A stretch of 64,000 nt of DNA from Escherichia coli (GTDB lineage Bacteria; Pseudomonadota; Gammaproteobacteria; Enterobacterales; Enterobacteriaceae). Made by a program: the position numbers and the translations under genes. Below, piece by piece: positions 13,610-24,136 of the stretch. The notes beneath the pieces are model-generated. The model searched no databases and had not been told where the DNA came from. It saw nothing but the letters and a program-made list of their open reading frames with translations. Numbering within the stretch: the stretch's first letter is position 1; each line of letters opens with the position of its first letter. The stretch lies in assembly GCF_041248615.1 (NCBI RefSeq), contig NZ_CP158426.1; one strand, written 5' to 3'.

Positions 13610-14605
13610 ATGAATGAATTTATAAAAGAACGGTTTTCGTATTTAGCCGATAATAAAAAAGAAAACGCCCCAGAGCTAAATGTTTCCTACGGTATCGATA
13701 AGAATTTTTTGTATGGTGCTGGCGTTTCAATTTCTTCCGTTTTGATTAATAATTCAGATATTAATTTTGTCTTTCATGTTTTCACTGATTATGTGGATGA
13801 TGATTATTTAAAGTCATTTAATGAAACAGCAAAACAATTTAATACCTCAATTATTGTATATTTAATTGACCCCAAATACTTTGCTGATCTGCCGACGTCA
13901 CAGTTTTGGTCGTACGCGACATACTTCAGGGTATTGTCTTTTGAATATCTGAGTGAAAGTATTTCCACACTGCTGTATCTGGATGCCGATGTTGTTTGTA
14001 AAGGAAGCCTGAAACCTCTCACAGAAATTATATTTAAAGATGAGTTTGCTGCGGTCGTTCCTGACAATGATAGTACTCAGGCGGCATGTGCAAAACGTCT
14101 TAACATTCCCGAAATGAATGGACGTTATTTCAATGCAGGCGTTATCTATGTCAATCTTAAAAAATGGCATGAAGCAAATTTGACACCGTATTTACTCACG
14201 CTTTTACGAGGTGAAACTAAATATGGCTCTCTTAAATATTTAGATCAGGATGCGTTGAATATCGCATTTAATATGAATAATATCTACCTTGCGAAGGATT
14301 TTGATACTATTTATACCCTGAAAAACGAACTTTATGATCGTAGTCATCGAAAGTATCAGCAAACCATTACCGATAAAACAGTGTTGATTCACTATACAGG
14401 GATAACTAAACCATGGCATAGCTGGGCTGGATATCCGTCTGCATCATACTTTAATATCGCGCGTGAACAATCTCCCTGGAAGAAATATCCTCTTAAAGAG
14501 GCGCGGACTGTTGCAGAAATGCAGAAACAATATAAGCATCTGTTTGCCCATGGTGAGTATATAAAAGGCATAACTTCATTAATTAAGTACAAGCTTAAGA
14601 AATAA
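13610..14605 (+). CDS. waaT: GT8-family LPS core alpha-hexosyltransferase (WaaT-like)
   Basis: 331 aa; YLDADV and HYTGITKPWHSWAGYP motifs; AT-rich. Confidence 0.65.
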   Translation: MNEFIKERFSYLADNKKENAPELNVSYGIDKNFLYGAGVSISSVLINNSDINFVFHVFTDYVDDDYLKSFNETAKQFNTSIIVYLIDPKYFADLPTSQFWSYATYFRVLSFEYLSESISTLLYLDADVVCKGSLKPLTEIIFKDEFAAVVPDNDSTQAACAKRLNIPEMNGRYFNAGVIYVNLKKWHEANLTPYLLTLLRGETKYGSLKYLDQDALNIAFNMNNIYLAKDFDTIYTLKNELYDRSHRKYQQTITDKTVLIHYTGITKPWHSWAGYPSASYFNIAREQSPWKKYPLKEARTVAEMQKQYKHLFAHGEYIKGITSLIKYKLKK

Positions 14606-14614
14606 ATTACTCTT

Positions 14615-15307
14615 ATGATTACAAGTATACGCTATCGCGGCTTCTCATTTTATTACAAAGATAACGATAATAAATATAAAGAAATCTTTGATGAAATACT
14701 GGCCTATAATTTTAAAACAGTAAAAGTATTACGTAATATTGATGATACCAAAGTATCGTTGATTGATACGAAATATGGTCGCTATGTTTTTAAAGTCTTT
14801 GCCCCGAAAACGAAAAGGAATGAACGTTTTTTAAAATCTTTTGTAAAAGGTGACTACTATCAGAATTTGATCGTTGAAACCGATCGTGTCAGAAGTGCAG
14901 GTCTTACTTTTCCTAATGATTTTTATTTTCTGGCTGAGCGTAAAATTTTCAACTATGCCAGTGTTTTTATCATGCTTATCGAGTATGTCGAGGGCGTAGA
15001 GCTCAATGATATGCCGATTATTCCAGAAGATGTTAAAGCAGAAATTAAGGCTTCAATGGAAAAATTGCATGCCTTAAATATGCTATCGGGCGACCCACAC
15101 CGGGGTAACTTTATCGTTAGTAAAGATGGTGTCAGGATAATTGACCTATCCGGTAAAAGCTGTACGGCAGAGCGGAAAGCCCGTGATCGTCTGGCCATGG
15201 AACGTCACCTGGGTATTACCAACGAAATAAAAGATTATGGCTACTATTCAGTAATCTACAGAACCAAACTACGCAAATTTATTAAAAAATTAAAAGGCAA
15301 AGCGTAA
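14615..15307 (+). CDS. waaY: LPS core heptose(II) kinase WaaY-like
   Basis: 230 aa, kinase-like, positioned between GT8 genes as in known core clusters. Confidence 0.7.
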   Translation: MITSIRYRGFSFYYKDNDNKYKEIFDEILAYNFKTVKVLRNIDDTKVSLIDTKYGRYVFKVFAPKTKRNERFLKSFVKGDYYQNLIVETDRVRSAGLTFPNDFYFLAERKIFNYASVFIMLIEYVEGVELNDMPIIPEDVKAEIKASMEKLHALNMLSGDPHRGNFIVSKDGVRIIDLSGKSCTAERKARDRLAMERHLGITNEIKDYGYYSVIYRTKLRKFIKKLKGKA

Positions 15308-15332
15308 ACCACACAGTCAAAACGGAACCAAC

Positions 15333-16361
15333 ATGGATTTATTAGCTGAGAGTATTACTGAAGTCGCTGTCTCTGGGGAAATTGCTAACACCGATCGTGT
15401 GTTAAATATCGCTTACGGTATTGACCGTAATTTTTTATTTGGTGCGGCCGTATCTATGCAATCAGTTGTTATGCATAACCCGGACCTTGCGGTTAAGTTT
15501 CATCTCTTTACCGACTACATTGATGAAGATTATCTACAACGTGTTAACGCTTTTACCAGCAAAAATGCTAACGTTGAAGTAAGAATTTATAAAGTCTCCA
15601 GTGCCTTTATTGATATTTTCCCCAGCCTGAAACAGTGGTCTTATGCAACATTCTTCCGTTTAGTTGCGTTCCAGTATCTGAGTGAAACTATTGAAAATCT
15701 GTTATATATCGATGCTGATGTCATCTGTAAAGGCTCATTAGCTGGATTGCTTGATATCAATTTTGATGGCGATAAGTTCGCAGCTGTTATTAAAGATGTG
15801 CCTTTTATGCAGGAAAAACCAGCGAAGCGTCTGGCTATAGAGGGACTTCCAGGTAATTATTTCAACGCCGGTGTAGTATATCTGCAGCTTGAAGCATGGG
15901 CGAAAAATGATTTTATGAATAAAGCCATTGCTATGCTGGCAAGTGACCCGCAGCATACGAAGTATAAATGCCTTGATCAGGATATTTTAAATATTCTGTT
16001 CTTTGGTCATTGTATTTTTATTAGCGGCGATTATGATTGCTTTTATGGCATTGACTATGAGTTAAAAAATAAAAGCGATGAAGATTATAAAAAGACCATT
16101 ACCGATGATACTAAGCTGATTCATTATGTTGGCGTAACGAAGCCCTGGAACGACTGGACGAATTATCCCTGCCAGAAGTATTTTAATGAGGCTTATCAGG
16201 CTTCTTGCTGGAATGATGTGGCGTTTATTCCAGCCACGAATGAAAAGCAGTATCAAGTGAAATCCAGACATTTGAAAAGAAATGGTAATATTGCATCTTC
16301 ATTTTACTATTTCATGCTCTATTATAGTAAGAAAATAGCGCGTAAGCATTTTTCCAAATAA
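15333..16361 (+). CDS. waaW: GT8-family LPS core alpha-hexosyltransferase (WaaW-like)
   Basis: 342 aa; YIDADV and HYVGVTKPWNDWTNYP motifs. Confidence 0.65.
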   Translation: MDLLAESITEVAVSGEIANTDRVLNIAYGIDRNFLFGAAVSMQSVVMHNPDLAVKFHLFTDYIDEDYLQRVNAFTSKNANVEVRIYKVSSAFIDIFPSLKQWSYATFFRLVAFQYLSETIENLLYIDADVICKGSLAGLLDINFDGDKFAAVIKDVPFMQEKPAKRLAIEGLPGNYFNAGVVYLQLEAWAKNDFMNKAIAMLASDPQHTKYKCLDQDILNILFFGHCIFISGDYDCFYGIDYELKNKSDEDYKKTITDDTKLIHYVGVTKPWNDWTNYPCQKYFNEAYQASCWNDVAFIPATNEKQYQVKSRHLKRNGNIASSFYYFMLYYSKKIARKHFSK

Positions 16362-16392
16362 TTATTAAGATTAATCACCCAGAGATTTTTTA

Positions 16393-17166
16393 ATGAACTT
16401 GCCCATTTATATTGTCTCACTTAAAAGAGATATTGAGCGAAGAAATAAAATAAATGATGTTTTTCATCGATTAAATATTAATTTTGATTTTTTTGATGCC
16501 ATAGATGCTAAAGACCCTCAAAATAAAGAAATTATTGATAAAATGAGATTAAGTGGTGTCGGCGCAGAAATGACTGATGGAGAAATTGCTTGTACATTAA
16601 GTCATCAGCTTATATATAAGGATATGATAGATAAAAATATAGAATGGGCAGTCATTCTCGAGGATGATGTTATCGTCAATGAGAAATTTAAAAAATTTCT
16701 GCAATATTTTAATCTTCCTGAAAAAGACAAGTTAAAACATAATAATTTGTATTTGCTTGGAGGACAGAAAGGATTACATGATTATCCGGTATTGGGGCAA
16801 AGCCTTTTTAGTAAAGTTAAGGTAAGTACTTGTACTTTTCGGCGTGTTAATTTCAATAAAAATAAAATTCGTCGTACATGTTCATATTTGATGAATAAAG
16901 ATATGGCACAAAAGTTGCTCAAATTGACAAAGGATTATGGCACCTATCGAGCTGATAGCTGGAAGTTAATGCATCAACATAATATTATAAAAGAGTTTTA
17001 TTTAGACGAAATAATATTACATCCTATTTTAAATGAGTTTAATAGTCATCTTGAAAGTGAAAGGCTATTAACATCGGAAAAAAAACAACCTAGAACAAGG
17101 CTTCAGAAAAGAATGAAGTTTATACGCTCCTGGATAAAGGTGGCTTTTTTTTCTCTTTTGAAATGA
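16393..17166 (+). CDS. GT25-family (Lic2A/LgtB-like) beta-glycosyltransferase; WaaV (R1) or WaaX (R4) equivalent
   Basis: 257 aa; N-terminus MNLPIYIVSLKRDIERRNKI typical of the GT25 LOS transferase family; directly precedes waaL. Confidence 0.65.
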   Translation: MNLPIYIVSLKRDIERRNKINDVFHRLNINFDFFDAIDAKDPQNKEIIDKMRLSGVGAEMTDGEIACTLSHQLIYKDMIDKNIEWAVILEDDVIVNEKFKKFLQYFNLPEKDKLKHNNLYLLGGQKGLHDYPVLGQSLFSKVKVSTCTFRRVNFNKNKIRRTCSYLMNKDMAQKLLKLTKDYGTYRADSWKLMHQHNIIKEFYLDEIILHPILNEFNSHLESERLLTSEKKQPRTRLQKRMKFIRSWIKVAFFSLLK

Positions 17167-17200
17167 GATTGTTAATTTCAATTTGTTGTGAGATATTAAC

Positions 17201-18454
17201 GTGGAAGTAAAAATTGAGCAATTTCGAAATAATAGCTGTAATTTTATTTTTTTATTGTATTTAATCGGTTTGTTGTTTGTGCCAATTGATCTTAATATCA
17301 CCACTAAAATAATTAATGCGACAGGTGCATTTTCTCTTTTCTTATTAATTGTAAATAAAAAGCACAATTATAATAAAAATGTCATTATATTAATTCTTGG
17401 TTTACTTCTTTTGGGTGCAATGAACCTTATATGGTATGAATTTTATAAAACAGAAGATGTAGTATATAGAAATGCTTATCGAGGCTACCTTGAGTCTGGA
17501 AAACTATTAGTATTTAGCTCGTTGACATTTTTATTACTAAGTAAAAATAAATTCAGGCAAAATGAAAAACTACATTTTATTTCAGCTATCTTAGTTCAAA
17601 TAATCATGCTATGTAGAGCATATTATCAAGGGATATATTTGCATGCAGACCGCATTCCCCTCTCCGCCATGAATGGGAATATTGGTCAGATGGGGGCAGC
17701 GACTATTGCGGCTTATGTGATTACATTTACAACTTTATATTCTTCAATTGTATTCATAAAAATGAAATCGAAATATAAATGGTTTCTATTTTATGCTAAC
17801 TTTGCTTTAAGCTTTGCAGCAGTAATGATGACAGGAACGCGTGCGGCAATTTTCACATTCCCACTTATGATTATGGTCATATTATTTCTTCAGCATCGTG
17901 ATCAAAAAGTGTTTTTATTTAAAGGATTGAGTGGTGTTTTTATATTGCTACTTGCTTGTGGTTTGATATTTAATAAGGAAATTGATAGGCGAATTAATTC
18001 ATTAAAAGCTGATGTTATTTCATATGCTACAAAAAATAACAGTCAATCCTCGGTCGGAGCACGTTTTGCAATGGTTAATGCAGGAATTAAAGGAAGTCCT
18101 GATGGTTTTAATTGGCAATCTCTTGAGCAGCGTGCTGAAAAGATAAAAGCATTAAGTGCAGAAAATAATATTTATAGTGGAGCTTTATTATTCCTTGATG
18201 TACATATGCATAACGAAATTGTGGAATCTCTTTCCACGAAAGGAAAAATTGGTCTTCTTGTTCTTATTATGTTCTATGTTGCAATGATCTATTACTGTAT
18301 ACGAGAGAAAAAATATATACTCTTGGTTTTCCCTGCTTCTATTATGTTATTTGGCATTAGTGATGTCATTACACATGCTAAACCAATACCGGCATCGTGG
18401 ATTGTGTGCCTCTTCCTGTCTATATCGTTTTTGAGTAAAAATGAACCACAATAA
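17201..18454 (+). CDS. waaL: O-antigen ligase
   Basis: 417-aa polytopic membrane protein at the end of the waaQ operon; GTG start uncertain. Confidence 0.75.
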   Translation: MEVKIEQFRNNSCNFIFLLYLIGLLFVPIDLNITTKIINATGAFSLFLLIVNKKHNYNKNVIILILGLLLLGAMNLIWYEFYKTEDVVYRNAYRGYLESGKLLVFSSLTFLLLSKNKFRQNEKLHFISAILVQIIMLCRAYYQGIYLHADRIPLSAMNGNIGQMGAATIAAYVITFTTLYSSIVFIKMKSKYKWFLFYANFALSFAAVMMTGTRAAIFTFPLMIMVILFLQHRDQKVFLFKGLSGVFILLLACGLIFNKEIDRRINSLKADVISYATKNNSQSSVGARFAMVNAGIKGSPDGFNWQSLEQRAEKIKALSAENNIYSGALLFLDVHMHNEIVESLSTKGKIGLLVLIMFYVAMIYYCIREKKYILLVFPASIMLFGISDVITHAKPIPASWIVCLFLSISFLSKNEPQ

Positions 18455-18470
18455 TAAAAGCGTTGACTAA

Positions 18471-18496
18471 GTAAGTGGGTATAATGCCCACTTACT
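18471..18496. terminator. Bidirectional hairpin between convergent waaL and waaC
   Basis: gtaagtggg tataatg cccacttac inverted repeat with flanking A/T runs. Confidence 0.6.
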
Positions 18497-18501
18497 ATTT
18501 A

Positions 18502-19461
18502 TTAAATTAATGTGATTTTTTTATAAACAGCCGCTGCTTCTAAATTATTTAAATTCATTAGCGGAGCCCTACAAACCACCTGATTCTTCCCATATCCGCC
18601 AATTAATCCCGGATCGGTTGGTCCATAAACCGTGATATTCGGTCTATCCAGTGCCGCCGTTAAATGGCTTAACCCCGTATCCACCGACACTACAAATTTA
18701 GCCCCGGCCAGTACGCGGGCAACGCCTTCCAGACTCATCTTCGGCAATACTTCAACATAAGCAAATCCTTCCGCCAGTCGTTTCGCCCGTTCTTCCTCAT
18801 GCGGCGCGCCCCACGGAAGTTTAATCCGTATTCCTGAATCAGCCAGTAAACCAATCAATTCTCGCCAGTGTTCTTCCGGCCAGTGTTTATCATCACGGGT
18901 CGTCGCATGAAGAAATACGGCATATTCGCCAGCATCTGTAGGCAGGTTCGTCAGGAAATGTTGTGCGATAGCATAATCACCTTGGGTTTGCGGTTTGCTA
19001 TAGCCCAAACTTTTGGCAAACAGTTCGCGGGTGCGTTCTACGGCGTGCTGCTGTTTTGCAATATGATGCTTACGATTGTAAAACAGGCTGGCTAACGGTT
19101 CTCGAACGGTTTGCCAGTCCATGCCATGCTTTACGCCATGCGCCAGACGCGTCACCAGCGCCGCGCTTTTTACCAGCCCCTGAGCGTCGATAACTGCGTC
19201 ATAGTTCTCTGCTTGTAGCGCTTCACGAAACGCTTTGCGTTCAGCTTTTATGGGGGCCGAGAACCAGGCTTTACGCCAGCGACGTATTGCCACAGGAATA
19301 ACTCGCTCAACGGCGGCGTGCCAGGAAGGAATCTGTGCGAACCCTTCTTCCACCACCCAGTCAAACTTAATCCCTGGGATTGCCTGCTGGGCATCAGTGA
19401 GTGCGGGCAGCGTATGGAGAACATCGCCCATCGACGATGTTTTAACGATCAAAACCCGCAT
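18502..19461 (-). CDS. waaC: LPS heptosyltransferase I
   Basis: 319-aa protein MRVLIVKTSSMGDVLHTLPAL... Confidence 0.95.
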   Translation of the reverse strand: MRVLIVKTSSMGDVLHTLPALTDAQQAIPGIKFDWVVEEGFAQIPSWHAAVERVIPVAIRRWRKAWFSAPIKAERKAFREALQAENYDAVIDAQGLVKSAALVTRLAHGVKHGMDWQTVREPLASLFYNRKHHIAKQQHAVERTRELFAKSLGYSKPQTQGDYAIAQHFLTNLPTDAGEYAVFLHATTRDDKHWPEEHWRELIGLLADSGIRIKLPWGAPHEEERAKRLAEGFAYVEVLPKMSLEGVARVLAGAKFVVSVDTGLSHLTAALDRPNITVYGPTDPGLIGGYGKNQVVCRAPLMNLNNLEAAAVYKKITLI

Positions 19462-19464
19462 CCG

Positions 19465-20511
19465 TCAGGCTTCCTCTTGTAACAATAGCGCGTTGAGTTC
19501 TTCCAGTACGCGCTGGGGAGTAATGTCGATCAAGCTCTGGTGATAACCCTCCGCAGCGTCACCTTTACGCACTTTGTGATAGCCGGTAATCAGGCGGATC
19601 ACGCGTGCTTTATGGGATAGCGGCGGTGTGAAGTCCGGGCTACTCGGACCATACAAGGCAACCAGCGGACGATTGAGCGCCGCCGCAACGTGCATCAGTC
19701 CAGAATCGTTAGTGACAATGGCTTTACAGGCTGCAATCAGGATAACCGCTTGATCAAGCTGTGTTTCCCCTGCCAGGTTCCGGCACCATGCCTGCTGCTC
19801 GGTATTTAAAGCGGCAAGAATCTCATTGCCCGCTTCATGATCTTTCGCCGAGCCAAACAGAACCACCTGATAACCTTCATCAATCAGCTGCTTTGCCAGC
19901 TCCGCATAGTGGTAGTGTGGCCAGCGTTTTGCCGGACCAAACTCCGCACCCGGGCAAAAGCCAATCATCGGACGTTCTGATGAAAGCGAAAATTGATTAC
20001 AGGTATATGATTTTTCACCTTCGCTCACCTGCAACTGCGGCCATAACAATGGCTGCGGCAGATCTTGTGCTGTACGCATAATGCCTTTGTCATAGGCCAG
20101 CGCGACATAGCGTTCCACCATTAGCGGCCAGGCTTCTTTATTGAGCACGCGTACATCGTTGAGTAAACCGTAGCGCATCTCGCCGCGCCAGCCGGTGCGA
20201 TGAGGAATACCCGCGAAGAAAGGCACTAATGCGGATTTGAAGGAGTTGGGTAAGACGTAGGCGCGGTCGTAGCGCTTTTCACGCAGACTATGACCCAGTT
20301 TGCGGCGTTCGCCGATTTCCAGCGCTCCGTGACCGAGAGGCATAGGAATAGCTTCGTTAACTTCCGGCATCCGCGATAATAATGGACGGCACCATGCCGG
20401 TGCCATCACGTCGATTATCGCCTGGGGATAGCGCGCCTGGAGCGTGCGATAGAGACTTTGCGACATCATCATGTCGCCAACCCAAGACGGGCCGATCACC
20501 AGTATTTTCAT
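19465..20511 (-). CDS. waaF: LPS heptosyltransferase II
   Basis: 348-aa protein MKILVIGPSWVGDMMMSQSLY... Confidence 0.95.
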   Translation of the reverse strand: MKILVIGPSWVGDMMMSQSLYRTLQARYPQAIIDVMAPAWCRPLLSRMPEVNEAIPMPLGHGALEIGERRKLGHSLREKRYDRAYVLPNSFKSALVPFFAGIPHRTGWRGEMRYGLLNDVRVLNKEAWPLMVERYVALAYDKGIMRTAQDLPQPLLWPQLQVSEGEKSYTCNQFSLSSERPMIGFCPGAEFGPAKRWPHYHYAELAKQLIDEGYQVVLFGSAKDHEAGNEILAALNTEQQAWCRNLAGETQLDQAVILIAACKAIVTNDSGLMHVAAALNRPLVALYGPSSPDFTPPLSHKARVIRLITGYHKVRKGDAAEGYHQSLIDITPQRVLEELNALLLQEEA

Positions 20512-20520
20512 GCAGAGCTC

Positions 20521-21453
20521 TTATGCGTCGCGATTCAGCCAGGCCATGTATTCCGTTACACCTTCAGCAACGGTTTTGAACGGTTTGTCGTAACCCGCCG
20601 CGCGCAGATTCGTCAGATCTGCCTGAGTGAACGCCTGATAGCGGCCTTTCAGTTTATCCGGGAACGGAATGTATTCGATCTGGCCTTTCTTGTGATAAGC
20701 AAGCGTTGCATCGGCTACAGCCTGGAAGGATTCCGCACGACCGGTGCCGAGGTTGAAGATGCCGGAAACGCCATTTTCCAGGAACCACAGGTTTACATCT
20801 GCCACGTCGCCCACATAGACGAAGTCACGTTTGAAGTTCTCGCTACCTTCGAACAGCTTCGGTGATTCACCGTTATTAAGCTGGGTGTTGAGATGGAAAG
20901 CGACGCTCGCCATGCTGCCTTTATGGCCTTCACGCGGTCCATAAACGTTGAAATAGCGGAAGCCAACAATCTGCGAGTTCGCTTCTGGCAGGATTTGACG
21001 AACATATTCATCAAACAGGAATTTTGAGTAACCGTAGACGTTCAACGGTTTTTCGTACTCGCGGGATTCAATAAAGTCGGAGGTGCGTCCGCCGTAAGTG
21101 GCTGCGGAAGAAGCGTACAGGAACGGGATTTCGCGCTCCAGACAGTAGTGCAGCAGCTCTTTGGAGTATTGATAGTTGTTATCCATCATATACTTGCCAT
21201 CCCACTCGGTGGTGGAAGAGCACGCGCCTTCGTGGAAAATCGCTTCGACATCGCCGAACTCTTCGCCAGCCATAATCTGGATCAGGAAGTCTTCCTTATC
21301 CATATAGTCCGCGATATCCAGATCCACCAGGTTCACAAACTTGGTGCCGTCTTTCAGGTTGTCCACCACCAGAATATCGGTGATGCCTTTATCATTCAGG
21401 GCCTTAACGATGTTGCTGCCGATAAAGCCCGCGCCGCCGGTAACGATGATCAT
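20521..21453 (-). CDS. hldD: ADP-L-glycero-D-manno-heptose 6-epimerase
   Basis: 310-aa protein [19 protein letters not shown] (Rossmann GxGxxG). Confidence 0.95.
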
Positions 21454-21666
21454 AACTGTAACCTTCGAATTATGGAGTCAGAGACAATCTCAGACACGAA
21501 TGCTTCTATCATATCACTACACGGCGTTGGCTTCAGCCATTCGCCAAAAGTGAGATTGATGGACGTTATTTATCCTGAATTTTGCAGAAGTGTTAACGCG
21601 TCATCTCGTCGCGACCTATAAGTTTGGGTAATATGTGCTGGAATTTGCCCTGTCTGGAGAATCGCA

Positions 21667-22863
21667 ATGCGTGGAGAATTTTATCAGCAGTTAACCAACG
21701 ATCTGGAAACCGCACGGGCGGAAGGGTTGTTTAAAGAAGAGCGCATTATTACGTCTGCGCAGCAAGCAGATATCACTGTGGCTGATGGAAGCCACGTCAT
21801 TAACTTTTGTGCCAATAACTATCTCGGACTGGCGAATCATCCGGATCTGATTGCGGCGGCAAAGGCGGGAATGGATTCTCACGGTTTCGGCATGGCTTCG
21901 GTGCGTTTTATTTGCGGCACTCAGGACAGCCATAAAGAGCTTGAACAAAAACTGGCGGCCTTCCTGGGGATGGAAGATGCGATTCTCTACTCTTCCTGCT
22001 TTGATGCTAACGGTGGCCTGTTCGAAACGCTGTTGGGCGCGGAAGACGCCATTATCTCCGATGCACTGAACCACGCGTCTATTATTGATGGTGTGCGTCT
22101 GTGCAAAGCTAAACGCTATCGTTATGCCAACAACGATATGCAGGAGCTGGAAGCACGTCTGAAAGAAGCGCGTGAAGCCGGTGCGCGTCATGTGCTGATT
22201 GCCACCGATGGTGTGTTCTCGATGGACGGCGTGATTGCCAACCTGAAAGGCGTTTGCGATCTCGCAGATAAATATGATGCCCTGGTGATGGTAGATGACT
22301 CCCACGCGGTAGGTTTTGTCGGTGAAAACGGTCGTGGTTCCCATGAATACTGCGATGTGATGGGCCGGGTCGATATTATCACCGGCACGCTCGGTAAAGC
22401 GCTGGGCGGGGCTTCTGGTGGTTATACCGCGGCGCGCAAAGAAGTGGTTGAGTGGCTGCGCCAGCGTTCTCGTCCGTACCTGTTCTCCAACTCGCTGGCA
22501 CCGGCCATTGTTGCCGCTTCCATCAAAGTGCTGGAGATGGTTGAAGCGGGTAGCGAGCTGCGTGACCGTCTGTGGGCGAACGCGCGTCAGTTCCGTGAGC
22601 AAATGTCGGCGGCGGGCTTTACCCTGGCGGGAGCCGATCACGCCATTATTCCGGTCATGCTTGGCGATGCAGTAGTGGCGCAGAAATTTGCCCGTGAGCT
22701 GCAAAAAGAGGGCATTTACGTCACCGGTTTCTTCTATCCGGTCGTTCCGAAAGGTCAGGCGCGTATTCGTACCCAGATGTCTGCGGCGCATACCCCTGAG
22801 CAAATTACGCGTGCAGTAGAAGCATTCACGCGTATTGGTAAACAACTGGGCGTTATCGCCTGA
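21667..22863 (+). CDS. kbl: 2-amino-3-ketobutyrate CoA ligase
   Basis: 398-aa PLP aminotransferase-family protein. Confidence 0.95.
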   Translation: MRGEFYQQLTNDLETARAEGLFKEERIITSAQQADITVADGSHVINFCANNYLGLANHPDLIAAAKAGMDSHGFGMASVRFICGTQDSHKELEQKLAAFLGMEDAILYSSCFDANGGLFETLLGAEDAIISDALNHASIIDGVRLCKAKRYRYANNDMQELEARLKEAREAGARHVLIATDGVFSMDGVIANLKGVCDLADKYDALVMVDDSHAVGFVGENGRGSHEYCDVMGRVDIITGTLGKALGGASGGYTAARKEVVEWLRQRSRPYLFSNSLAPAIVAASIKVLEMVEAGSELRDRLWANARQFREQMSAAGFTLAGADHAIIPVMLGDAVVAQKFARELQKEGIYVTGFFYPVVPKGQARIRTQMSAAHTPEQITRAVEAFTRIGKQLGVIA

Positions 22864-22872
22864 GGATGTGAG

Positions 22873-23898
22873 ATGAAAGCGTTATCCAAACTGAAAGCGG
22901 AAGAGGGCATCTGGATGACCGACGTTCCTGTACCGGAACTCGGGCATAACGATCTGCTGATTAAAATCCGTAAAACAGCCATCTGCGGGACTGACGTTCA
23001 CATCTATAACTGGGATGAGTGGTCGCAAAAAACCATCCCGGTGCCGATGGTCGTGGGCCATGAATATGTCGGTGAAGTGGTAGGTATTGGTCAGGAAGTG
23101 AAAGGCTTCAAGATTGGCGATCGCGTTTCTGGCGAAGGCCATATCACCTGCGGTCACTGTCGCAACTGTCGTGGCGGTCGTACCCATCTGTGCCGCAACA
23201 CGATCGGCGTCGGCGTTAACCGTCCGGGCTGCTTCGCCGAGTATCTGGTGATTCCGGCGTTCAACGCTTTCAAAATCCCCGACAATATCTCCGATGATCT
23301 GGCTTCCATTTTTGATCCCTTCGGTAACGCCGTGCATACCGCGCTGTCGTTCGATCTGGTGGGTGAAGATGTGCTGGTCTCTGGTGCAGGCCCGATTGGT
23401 ATTATGGCGGCGGCGGTGGCGAAACACGTTGGTGCACGTAACGTGGTGATTACTGATGTTAACGAATACCGCCTTGAGTTGGCGCGTAAAATGGGTATCA
23501 CCCGTGCGGTTAACGTCGCTAAAGAGAACCTCAATGATGTGATGGCAGAACTGGGCATGACCGAAGGCTTTGATGTCGGTCTGGAAATGTCCGGTGCGCC
23601 GCCAGCGTTTCGTACCATGCTCGACACCATGAACCACGGCGGTCGTATTGCGATGCTGGGTATTCCACCGTCTGATATGTCTATCGACTGGACCAAAGTG
23701 ATCTTTAAAGGCTTGTTCATTAAAGGTATTTACGGTCGTGAGATGTTTGAAACCTGGTACAAGATGGCGGCGCTGATTCAGTCTGGCCTCGATCTTTCGC
23801 CGATCATTACCCATCGTTTCTCTATCGATGATTTCCAGAAGGGCTTTGACGCCATGCGTTCGGGCCAGTCCGGGAAAGTTATCCTGAGCTGGGATTAA
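22873..23898 (+). CDS. tdh: L-threonine 3-dehydrogenase
   Basis: 341-aa zinc alcohol-dehydrogenase-family protein; kbl-tdh operon. Confidence 0.95.
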
Positions 23899-23907
23899 CA
23901 CAAACAA

Positions 23908-23931
23908 GGGCTGGTATTCCAGCCCTTTTTC
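23908..23931 (+). terminator. Rho-independent terminator of kbl-tdh
   Basis: gggctggtattccagccc followed by ttttt. Confidence 0.8.
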
Positions 23932-24136
23932 CTGAGGATAATCTGTTAAATATGTAAAATGCTGTCAGTAAAATAAAGAATGGGTAATTGCGCTGATCTC
24001 TTATATAGCTGTTCTCATTATCTCTCTACCCTGAAGTGACTCTCTCACCTGTAAAAATAATATCTCACAGGCTTAATAGTTTCTTAATACAAAGCCTGTA
24101 AAACGTCAGGATAACTTCAGAGGTAGTCGGTAATTT

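Noticed and set aside
21691-22845. 384-aa minus-strand ORF
   Set aside because: Antisense to kbl; low-complexity, Arg/His-rich translation
22882-23907. 341-aa minus-strand ORF with almost the same coordinates as tdh
   Set aside because: Mirror ORF opposite tdh; tdh has the clear dehydrogenase sequence
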